A stretch of DNA of 61,866 bases, the filler included, from Choristocarpus tenellus KU-1152 (lineage: Eukaryota; Protista; Phaeophyceae): NCBI GenBank assembly GCA_964200185.2. It is 7 parts of 7 records of this genome, joined end to end, with 100 filler letters (N's around TTAATTAATTAA, not from the genome) between each part and the next. Parts side by side here need not be neighbours in the genome. Positions count along the whole stretch, not along the records: positions 49,033 to 55,060 come from CAXNAD020009134.1; positions 55,161 to 61,866 come from CAXNAD020007521.1; 5 more parts are not named here. The stretch is one strand, 5' to 3'. This document shows, one piece after another, positions 51,583 to 61,866 of the stretch; the first letter of the stretch is position 1, and every line of letters begins with the position of its first letter. The translations under genes and the position numbers were made by a program. The notes beneath the pieces are model-generated. The model searched no databases. It was given only the letters and a program-made list of their open reading frames with translations, and was not told where the DNA came from.

Positions 51583-54500
51583 ATGGTTGAGCAGCGCTCA
51601 ATTGTGAAGCGTTCAGTGGGGAACGGAGCAGTTGCATTGTCTGGGGCTGGGGCAGGGGCAGGGGCCTCAGCTCTAGTGCAGAGAGGGGTTGCTGGTGAAC
51701 CTTGGGAAGTAAAGGTGGACACAATTGTGCTGGCCAAGTGCAGGAGGAAGAGCCAGACCATGTGGCCAGCACGTGTCTGTTCTAGGCGGGAGGTGGGTCC
51801 AGTGACTTCTTGGTCTGCATGAGGGAGTTGCATTTCCTCACACGGTGGAGGCGGTTTGAAAGTGATGAATGTTCATGCTTCCAAGTGTACGTATTTTGAG
51901 GTTTATGTTTCTGAAGTGTTTTCCTACATCTAAATATTGCTTACGTTCATTTACCCATATTTCTCGGCACAAGTTTGTGCACATGTACTATAGCGCTAGG
52001 TGCCTGATGTTGGTCAAACGTGCTCAAGAGGATTGATGACCAATCCCCCGTACATTTAAATAATTAAATTATGATGTTAATTGAAGTAAATTAGGGTACG
52101 TGCAACAAAGAATGGGCGGGGAGGTTTTCGAGCGCCGGACTTCATTTTTTGTTTTTACAGATGTGCTGACCCTGAACCTTTCCTGAACCTTTCCTGAACC
52201 TTTCCTGAACCTTTATTATTTGGCGACCCTTCAATCCCCTACTGGCGAATCCGAATCCTGGTTCTGAATCTTTGAATGTTTTGCAATAACAAAAAACGAA
52301 AAGGTATTGGAACGCCTGAAGGAGGCGCCTGCATCTGATGATGGAGTGGACCCACGCAATGAGTGCTTAGTCATGTTCCTGTGTGAGGGTGGTCACCACG
52401 TCATGGACTGGGTATCTCCCGGGGTGATGCGGCCCTACCAAAGTCATGCCTCTGCATACCCTTACAAGAAGAGGGCGTATGTGGGAACTGCTCGACTGCA
52501 GGTACACAATATATATGTGTATATAAATACGTATACATTACTACATTTTCAACCCTAACCCTAACCCTAACCCTAACCCTAACCTTAACCTAAATCTTAG
52601 TCCTACAGAGAACGCAAGAAAACTGTTCTTTGTAGGGACTGCTTGACAAATTGGAGGGTATGCATGATCGGTGTTTTTGACACAGATCAAACTGAACACT
52701 GCAGTAATAAGAAACTGCAATGTTGATTGCTTCTTGACTCTCACATTTTGCAACCCTGGCCCTATCCCTTACTTACCCTAAAAGGAGACTCATGTTTGAT
52801 AACTCATGTTTGATGCCAATTACTTTTTGTTACTCTTATCTATGCCATAGAAATACTAATCCTGCCCTTCCTCTCCTCTCCACCCCCAAAACGCAACAGC
52901 CTGATTTTGCTGCTGCAGAGGCATGGGCAGATGGTCTCAAGTCCATTGTGAAGTCTATTCGTGCGGAAGTGAGAGCTGCGCGGCGCCTTGCAAAGGCCAA
53001 TGCAGCGTCCGGACCTGAGAAGGAGGCCCTCCTACTCAAGGCTGCTGAAAACCAGGATGGTGCAATAACGCCTGCACCACTTGCAGTGAAGGAGGAGAAG
53101 GAGGGGACTGCGCTTGTTGTTGCTGGGGAAAGGTCTGGAGCTGGCGATTGTGATATTGCCATGGCAGTTACAGGGAAGAAGGAGGACGTGGAGGGGGGTG
53201 TGGCTGGGGTGTTGGTAGGAGGAGGAGGAGGAGGAGGAGGAGGAGGAGGAGGTGGGCAGATGGAAGAACATCGATCTTCAGCCTTGAAGGAGGTTACTGT
53301 TGCCATGGAGAAGAACAAGGAGGAACAGTCCGTGAAGAGAATGGGAGTGGAAGGAAACAGCAATAGCCAAGGGGCGAGCTCGAGGGCAGGAGGGGTTGCT
53401 ACAGTAGAGTCAGGGTTGAAGGAAGGTGTTGCTGCATCAGCCGTGGTAGATTCATCTGTTGTCAAGGAGTTGTCAGCACCGAGGGAGGGGAAGGGGGCTG
53501 TTGAGGTGGGGTTGGTGTCAACTTCGATTGAGGAAGACAAGGGGGTCCATGAGACTGGGGCTGGTAGTGTGTCTGGTAGCAGCTACGGACCCAATAATGG
53601 CTCTGTATTTACCAGTCATTGCAAGGTTGCAAGTGAGGGATCAGCTCTTACCTCAGGACCAGTGACGACAGATAGTCAGAACCAGCTGAAGGAGCAGGGA
53701 CAACAGGACCGGAGGGAGGCACAGGTCCAGTCCCAGTCCCGAGATAGGGAACTGAGATTACCCATATCCATTAGTATGGATGTGGAAGGCAGGGGTGGTG
53801 ACTGCAACATAGCACGAACTGATGTTCGTGTTAAACAGGAGGATGGAGAGGGGCAGAAGCGAGCAGGGGTTGTGGAAGAGATTAGTGTATCTGGTGGGGG
53901 GTTGACTGGATTGACACGTGGTTTTCCTCTGGTGACTGCTGTCAAGGAGAGGGTTTCGCTGGAGAGTGGGGGAAGGATGGGTCAGAGTGGTCCGTCCAAT
54001 CAGCTAAAGAGGTGTATGTTTGTGTGCATTTGTATCTTTGGGTACAACTTTGAATGCTAGTTGTTTGCTAGTGCTGTTGAGGCATGTTTGTGTATTTGTG
54101 TGTATTGATACCTCTGTGGTACCAGATTCCTCTCGTTTATTGTGACATTTGTGCTCATATATATTTTTTTCAGTGTCTTCGGGATCATTTCAAAGTTTGA
54201 TGCTGTTTTTTCCTAGCACACACCTCCTCAACCCTGGCAACAACCCTTACCCTAACCCTAACTTGACACAAGACTACATCCTCACCACTACTTCCTCACT
54301 TACCTTTCCCCACCTACCCATGAAACCAGGCCTCTCCCTTCCTCAGCCACCCAGCCAATTGATGAAGGGATGCCAAGCAAAAGCCAACGTACACAGCAGA
54401 CACACGCCGGACCTTTGCCCAGTCTTGTCCAGCATCAGATGTTGGGACAGGGACAGGGGCAGGGGAAGGGACAGGGACAGGGACAGGGACGGGACTTGGG

Positions 54501-55060
54501 GCACAGCATGACACCCCAGGGTTCAGGGTCGACCAGTCTCAAAGGGAGCCAACAGCAAGGTGTCTCATGTATGAGCAGCAGCAGGGGACTGGTAAGAGTT
54601 GGGGAGGATGGGACCAGGTTCAAACCAGTTGTTGTAGATGATGGCTCTATGCCTCCTGCCACTGGGTCAGGCATAGTGGGCCAGGGGCGGCCAGTTCAGG
54701 CTACACACAGTCAGGGTCAGGGCCAGGGACAGGTGCCATCTCACTCACAGCCGACCCAAACTATATCACAAGCCCAGATTGTGGCTTCGACTGCTGGGCA
54801 GAATTTGTCGCCCCAAGTTCAGGCTCAGGGCCAAGCTAGTAATACCAACTCCCACAGCAGCAACCAACAGTCTCAGGCTCAAAGTCTGGGGCAGGGGCAA
54901 GGAAGGCACCAATTTCAAAGTGGGGCAAAAGTTCCGAGTCAGCTACAGGTCCGGGAGCAGCCAGGGAGCAGCCCTTTGAATAGAACTCGTATTCAAGGGG
55001 ATGATTATAAGTACAGACCGAATGGCGTGAGTGTGACTGGGACTGGAGCTGGGGGGGGGG
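51583..55060 (+). CDS. PWWP-domain protein with long low-complexity (G/E/Q/S-rich) region; 3' end truncated
   Basis: Exons 51583-51792, 52304-52501, 52900-54011 and 54330-55060, GT-AG and in phase. IVLAKCRRKSQTMWPARV...CLVMFL...MDWVSP..MRPY...FAAAEAW fits the PWWP pattern. Start codon uncertain. Confidence 0.78.
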
Positions 55061-55823
55061 NNNNNNNNNNNNNNNNNNNNNNNNNNNNNNNNNNNNNNNN
55101 NNNNTTAATTAATTAANNNNNNNNNNNNNNNNNNNNNNNNNNNNNNNNNNNNNNNNNNNNCCCCCCCCAGATACTTTGGGTCCTCTTTGTCAGCAAGTTG
55201 TAGTGTAGTAGGTATATACTTCACTGTAAAACTACCTTGACTTACATACTTCCTTGTGCATTTCAGCGTTATGTTCACATTTCTTGTTCTTCCATTGAAC
55301 CTCTCAGTTGTCCCTGCTTGGATTGCACCTCGGTTGTTGCCATACCAAGTCGTAATCCCTTGAGGTATGCCAAGCTCCCCCAGGATTCCTCTGAGAAAGA
55401 TTGCATGTCTCATTCCATGTACCATCGCTATCTACTCTGCTTTTTTCGAGGAAGATGTGGTTACAGTTCCTTACAGCTTTGATTTCCATGCAATGGGTGC
55501 TCCATTCCTGAGTATTAGATACCCCGTCACACTCCGCCTTAAAGCAATGTGATTGCCCCGGTTTGAGTCTCTGTATCCGATCAAACCCCCGTTGTCCAAT
55601 TTATTGCCAGCAGGATAGTGTATCCCCACTTTTATGGTGCCTGCAAGGTACATAGAACATGTTGCAGCCCGTTCCAGTGTCGGTTGCAAGGAGATTCTGT
55701 GTATCTTCCTAGCTCCTGCACGCTGTAGCACGGGTCTGATCACGCCATGCCAGCTAGGAACACCCTAGTCAATGAGTTTCCCCAAAATGGTGCAGTAAGG
55801 TCTGTACCTCTGGTCCAGCTTCT

Positions 55824-56083
55824 GAGCCAAAGTATCTGAGAGGATACTAATTTTGCCCTGTTTGTCCATTTGGGGCTTGGCTTCCCACGCGTTTTTAATG
55901 ACATTTTTACTACCCCAAAATCTTTCGGAGTAGGTAAAATGTGTACTTTTTGAAAAGGGAGTGTCCGGAACAAGGGTATTGGCATCCCCTATCAAACATG
56001 ATAGTCAAAATTACATCAAAAATGCAACATTGGATTTCGACCCCCAAATGAACGCGGCCCTACCCTCTAAGATACTTTGGCTC
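55824..56083 (+). mobile_element. MITE family 1 inserted in the Copia RT
   Basis: ttct|gagccaaagtatctgagagg ... ccctctaagatactttggctc|tcct (TSD with 1 mismatch). Confidence 0.88.
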
Positions 56084-57538
56084 TCCTCCTCGCCAGTTCT
56101 CCTCCGGGTCAGGTCCATTCCTAGGTTTAAGGGTGATGAGGTATTCTGTACCTCTGTCAATGCCATTCCCTCGCAAGCAATGCTCTCTGCATAGAAACGC
56201 TGGTCCAGTGTGATGCCAGCCCCGTCCCGGTTGATTGCCACCAAAATTAACTTGTCTGAGGTCCCTAGGTCCCGTCCCTTGTACTTGGCCAGCAGACTGG
56301 TATTCATCCACTCTGTTTCCCCATCGAAGACTCTGGTCAACGAGATGTCATCCACATAGTGGAAGAGGATAGCAATCCGACCATCCTCCCTCCTCTTCAC
56401 GTACAGGCAAGCATTGAAGTCGCTGACACTCCACCCCTCATCTAATATTGACCCCTTGAGTTCCCTGTACCACTCCATTGCTGATTCCTGAAGATCATAG
56501 ATAGTCCTAGCAGCTTTCATGATGGACCCATTGGGCAGTTGTAGCCATACATCCTCAGGGAGTGTTGCGTTCAAGTAGACTTGAGTGAAGTCTAGGGAGT
56601 TGACAGCCCAGTTTTAGTCGGCCACTGTAGCCAGGACTGCCCGAATGATGTAAAATACCACCACTGGACTGAACGTGCTGAAATAGTCGACCTCTTCTTG
56701 CAGGGAAAACCTCATGTCACCACCCTGGTCTTGAATCTTTTAATTTCTCCATTGGCCGTCCTTTTTGTCTTGAATATGAATTTGGTTTTGATGGGTCTCC
56801 TCCACAGTGGCAGACTCTCTGCGTCATGGAAGGTTCCTTAGCTTCATTGACCATTCATTTCCTGCGCCATTGCCCCCTTCCAGCGCTTGCATCAGGCCCT
56901 GCAAGGGCTTCTCCAATAGTTGGTGGTTCCTGGTGACCTACCGAGATTTCACCTGCTGTGCCCATCAAACAGTGAGCGTCGTCCTTGTTTGTTCGGAGCA
57001 TATTGGCCATATTCTCACCCAGTTCCTCGGTATCTCCAGTGTGTGAACCCCTGTAGTCCACCCTCGGTTGTTTAACTATCCTGACTGACCTCCGTTCCTC
57101 AGGAGGTGAACTTGTCGAGTTCTTGCTCACAACTGTTGCTCCCCGTATTGGATGAACGGCTGCACTATTGAAATCTCCATCAGAGTCTTCATTACTATCG
57201 GATATATCGTCATCATCGGTCAAAGTCATGGTTTCTCGCTCCCCCAAGAAGTCCATGGTGTATTCATCTGACTCGAACGTCACTTGGGCTGAGGTCACCA
57301 ACTTGGCCTCTTGAGGAAACCAGATGTACCTACACAGTGATGTACGATCGTGTCCCATGATGATTCCTCGCTTAAAGTACGCGTGAAACTTTGAACCAGG
57401 TTCCCCCTGTTGTTTTTCTTGGTGGACGTAGCCCTTGCTCCCTCAAGCCCGAAGTCTATCATAGCTGAAGATTTTGCACATCAGACACTCACATGGTGTT
57501 TCTCCTCCCAGATATTCACGTGGTATGCCTTTAGTGTT

Positions 57539-57803
57539 GCGTGAAAGTACCTTAGAGGGTACGAGTTTTACCCTGTTTGTCCGTTTAGGGCTTGACTTCC
57601 CACGTTTTTTAATGACATTTTCCTATTCTAAAATGTTTCGAGTAGGTAAAATGTGTACATTTTAGCGTAGGTATCATGTGTATGTCTGGAACAAGGATAT
57701 TCACACTCCCTAACGAACATAATAGCCAAATTATATCAAAATTGCGACATTGGATTTTGGTTCCCAAGTGGACGCGAATCTGCCCTCTAAGATACTTTGA
57801 CTC
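57539..57803 (+). mobile_element. MITE family 1 inserted in the Copia integrase
   Basis: tgtt|gcgtgaaagtaccttagaggg ... ccctctaagatactttgactc|tttt. Confidence 0.85.
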
Positions 57804-58158
57804 TTTTGAAGGTGACGTCCGTGATAGCATACAACCAGTACTCATCGCCCAGGCCAGCCTTCACCAGTTAACTCCTTTCTGCTCCCATGAGTTGTTTTAT
57901 TGCCCTTTCCATGATCCCGTTGCTCTGTGGTGTTCTAGGTGGAGATCTGGTACCGTTGTTGGCCAGCATCCTTTGGAACTTTACCGACCTCCCAAGCTTG
58001 CCAGTACCATCCCCACTGATGCATTGAACTGGTATGCCTTCCCTAGCCATCTGATCGATATAGCCAGTGGTTGCGTCCACTGCTGCATCTTTAGTTTTCA
58101 ATTCATAAACCCACTTGTCTCAGCTACTCTCGTCAATGAACACCTGGAAGTATTTGTG

Positions 58159-58335
58159 GACCCAAAGTATCTGGGAGGGGGGGGGGGTCTACACAAGGGT
58201 GTCCATTTGGGTCAAAATCAGGAAAGTGCATTTACAGTAATCATCCGACGTATGCAACCAAATCACCCAAAACTCGCAACATGTAAAAATGACCCCAAAT
58301 GGACAGCCGCCACCCTCTCACAGATACTTTGAGCC
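58159..58335 (+). mobile_element. MITE family 2 copy
   Basis: gacccaaagtatctgggagggg ... ccctctcacagatactttgagcc; internally homologous to 48117-48295. Partial ends of this family also occur at 67-102, 46009-46120, 55161-55182 and 61848-61866. Confidence 0.85.
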
Positions 58336-58587
58336 TGAAGACCCTATGCTGTACTCTTGCACTGGGATGAAAGGAGAATATTTTGCAAGAAGATAAATCA
58401 TGATGTAAAGTCCATGTGTCTCCAAGGGACCGCCTGTATATAAATAAATTATACTGTGGAGTATAATATAATCGGCTTCACACAGGGAGAGCAATAATTT
58501 TCCATGTGAAGGTATCATAGATCAGCTGCTATAATCATGTGTATAGTGCTATAAGACACAGGTGAAGCAACATTAACAAACATAAAC

Positions 58588-60560
58588 CTGTGTCTGTGCC
58601 TCTCGAAGGTAGCCAAGGTTGGCCTGGCGGTTGAGGTGATCTATGTGATCTTGCTTCTCTGCTGCCAGCCGCTGTAGGCGGTGAACCTTCACAAAAAAAT
58701 GAACAAAAAAAAACATGAAGGAGGTAGGTACTGGGGTAGATGAGCATACAGACACAATCATGTCATCTTTGGAGGGAATACCCCAAGCCCATCCCAGCCC
58801 TATCAGTGCTCTATCTCAATCTTGATTGCTAACCTGGGTTAGATATGAGAGGATGCAGCAAGGGGTTCACCAACTACCATGAGGTTGTCTGCTCTTAATT
58901 CTAGCCTCTTTGAACTCTATTTGAAACTGATTCAGAATCATAGTATCCTAGAGAGGGGTCGATTCTTAGGCATTTAGCCCTTTGAGAAAAGGGACTCATG
59001 AAAGCTCCTGCCTGAACCATGCCCGAAATACAGCTAATCCCCATCAGGAAGCTGTGGATATGGAAAAGGAGATGAATGTGTATCCATGCAAGCATGAGAT
59101 CCCCCTCCAAAGTGCTAGGAGCACATAGTGCCTGAAGGCAGTCATGGGCACTTTACGATCAATGACACCTCTCCCTCTAAGATACTATGTCTCATCCCTC
59201 TTGGCAATCAGTTTAAGCAAGGCACTTCAGCGTGACAAGGATTGTTGCACATAGGCACGACATTCTAGGTTTTTGTCTTTGACTGGAGTACTAAGTTATG
59301 CAAGAGATGTAGCTCACCAGAAGGCGATGGTGACATGGGAAATGGGGAGGAAGTTTCCCAAATATGAAATGTACTCTGATTCAAGAGTACCTGCAGTGTG
59401 AAAATGACATCTAGAGTACTCCGCCGTTCTTTCAAGTACTACACTTCAAAGTACCAGTAGTACCTTCGGGTACAACTTTGAAAGTTTGATCATGAGTGGC
59501 GGACAAGTACCTAGTACTCCAGAGTAAGCAACTACTAACGCTCTATATTGTTGCTATTGAGACTTGTCACACAGTATGTTACCAAGACTTGCCCCAATGC
59601 AATCATACTCCGGACTACATAATAGTATTTCCCTCTCAAGGTATGGTCGTACTGACTCTACTCAAAACCAATATATCCTTCCACCTGTAAACGCAGCCTG
59701 AAAGCAGGAGCACCCTCCTGCAGCCATGTCTGCTTGGGTGGTGGAGGAGCTTTCCCTGTCAGGCACATGACCTGTTTACGTCAAGGAATGAGGGTAGGAA
59801 CTAGTTTAAGTAAATATTAGACTTATGATAAACATTGCATTAGCTAAGGCCCCTGGCATACGTCACATTGTTGATTTTTTTCCTCGATGAGGACAAGATT
59901 TGACCGCTGACTGCATCACAACAGTTCTTACAATCACACAATACATACTCACTCGGAGGAGATGCTAAATTTCTATGCTGCAGTAGTAGAGCTATGGGAA
60001 GATGTGGGGCATGATTTCAGATATGACGAGACTCATATAATCTAAATTTCCAACTCAGCGAATCCTATCTCGTACTGATTCCAGTGAGTATCACGGGCTC
60101 CAGCATACCTGCTTTTCGATCTCGTCGACTTACAGTTTCCTTAAGCTCCCTTTCCCTCTGTGCAAGGGCCATCTCAAGGTGCACCACCGCTGCCCGAAGC
60201 TTGCGAGCCTCCTCATCCCTTGCACCAAGTGCTTGCTTGACCTGATGAAGAGTCATTGCCAAGCCTTCCACCTTCTCTGCAAGTGCAGATTCCGAAGTCT
60301 GAGGGTGAGGACAACAAGCAACAGGCGCAGATTGTGGGTGCAGATGTTTGTCGTCTAGACAGACCGAGAAGGAAAATCGTAGCTTGTAGTGGACACGATG
60401 GTAAAGGTGGTCGACTTCTTGCAGCGCCCCTTCACAAGTCAAATCTGGGCTTCCACACCTTGATGCTGACCCCACCGACTGGCCCCAGTCCTGGAAATAT
60501 CGGAGTTGTCCATTCCTGCCGAACGTGCCTAGATCCTGGGAAGGCACCAGGACTCCAGAG
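58588..60560 (-). CDS. Exons of a coiled-coil protein gene of unknown function
   Basis: Exon 60109-60298 (TSESALAEKVEGLAMTLHQVKQALGARDEEARKLRAAVVHLEMALAQRERELKE) and about 58588-58686 (VHRLQRLAAEKQDHIDHLNRQ), both with AG/GT ends; full model not resolved. Confidence 0.55.
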
Positions 60561-61866
60561 GGTAGCTGTCATGGCATGTGTCACACGATTGTTGATATGG
60601 CCAATGCTCAGAGCATCCCATCCCCAAGCTGTGTGTAATCGATCGAGTTTGTTGCTTCGAAATATATCAATCGAGCGTGTTCGATCTTCTAAGAGGGTGG
60701 CTTCAAGAAGTTCAAATACTTAGACCGTTTCGCGCTGATAAAAAAGCCTCCAAAAATATCGCTAAAAGTGTAAGATAATGAAGTTATCTCACTTTTGTGG
60801 ACGAGATATATTTCCAAGTGGTGATTAGTGAAATGTTTGGAATTGTGGGTGGTGGAAGTGGAAAGGGGGGGGGGAAGAACAAGCAATGATGTATTTACGA
60901 ACAAAGGTAATGTTGGGTGGAGGTGTGGAGGGGGGATTTGTGGCTTGAAGAAAAGATATGGAAACGGACTATTAGTATGGGATTGATGACTTTGGGTACG
61001 TCCTGAAGTAGGTTCTTGTTGAACATTTGGGCGAGAAGAAAGTATAGGAAAGAGGTGGCACGCTGAAAATATTTTGAGCAATCTTTCCCTCCCACTCATC
61101 CCCTCAACTGCCCACGATTGACCGGGATGATGGGGGGGTGAGAGGTCAAGGTTGGGCGCGTGGTAGATATATGCCTTCTAGTTTAAAAAGTTCAGTGTGG
61201 TAGGGAGTTGATGGATGTGGTGTGGACGAATGTGAGTGGACGAATTTTGGTGTGGATAGATGTAGAGTGGATGAATGCGGAGTGGATGAATGCGAAATGG
61301 ATATGCTGATGGCCGCATGGTTTTGTGTGGATATATATGTGGGTGACCACATTGTATTGGATGGTGGATATACTAATGGAAGAATGGATTGCTGGTATTG
61401 TTAGAAACACAAGGTTTAGGAGTGGGTGGGAAAAGGAGTTGGCGGAATGACCTTGAAACAAAGTAAGGAGTGCTATTCATGGTGGTGGTGTGAAGTGTGG
61501 AATATGATTGAGTGGAAGGGAAGCAGGTTACAAGTTGATCCAGAAGTTCGGGACCAAAACAAAACATTAAGAAGAAATATGTGTTCTACAGCACAATTAA
61601 GTAACACAACTGATGCTATCAATGAACTCAATGCTCCTGCTATTTCTTACCGCCTGGTCTGTGTGCCTTTTCAAGACGACTTAGGTACACCGTATACCAT
61701 CCCCTATAATACTCAAAAATAGACTAGAAGATTCCCCTGACACATCTACAAAATGTCAGAGGGGGCATAATAATATAAACATAGGACCTGATGACTAACT
61801 CCCAACAAAAATAACAACAAAAGGCGATATTCATAGTGGTAGTTAAAGGGTCAAAGTATCTGAGGG

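Larger units (their letters stand above)
55183..58158 (-). mobile_element. Degraded Ty1/Copia retrotransposon pol (integrase - RT - RNase H) interrupted by two MITEs
   Basis: Integrase FIDESS, SGDGTGK, RTPQSNGIMERA; RT IYDLQESAMEWY, FHYVDDI; RNase H GYRDSN...RRSVTGY, GNNRGAI, QLAD; Copia domain order; stops and frameshifts. Confidence 0.9.

Overview
Intron-rich eukaryotic DNA, most likely from a brown alga or close stramenopile relative. This is inferred from a brown-algal-type LRR-ROCO gene, GT-AG introns and many short TTAGGG tracts. The window is seven pieces joined by artificial 100-nt N44-TTAATTAATTAA-N44 linkers (1-15068, 15169-29211, 29312-38995, 39096-46120, 46221-48932, 49033-55060, 55161-61866), so adjacency across linkers means nothing. 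Main contents: (1) a minus-strand LRR-ROC-COR gene whose LRR region is a tandem array of seven ~650-bp intron+exon cassettes. Each carries one 72-nt phase-1 LRR exon with variable surface residues; the exons show an A-B-B-A-B-B-A periodicity and one has a dead splice donor. (2) A spliced pyroglutamyl-peptidase I (C15) gene with an intact Glu/Cys/His triad, fused to a UBA-like domain. (3) Two tandem 87-nt tRNA-Sec (UCA) genes. (4) A PWWP-domain gene and two poorly defined spliced genes. (5) Two related MITE families with AAAGTATCT terminal inverted repeats, a degraded Copia, and probable DIRS/Ngaro and Gypsy relics.
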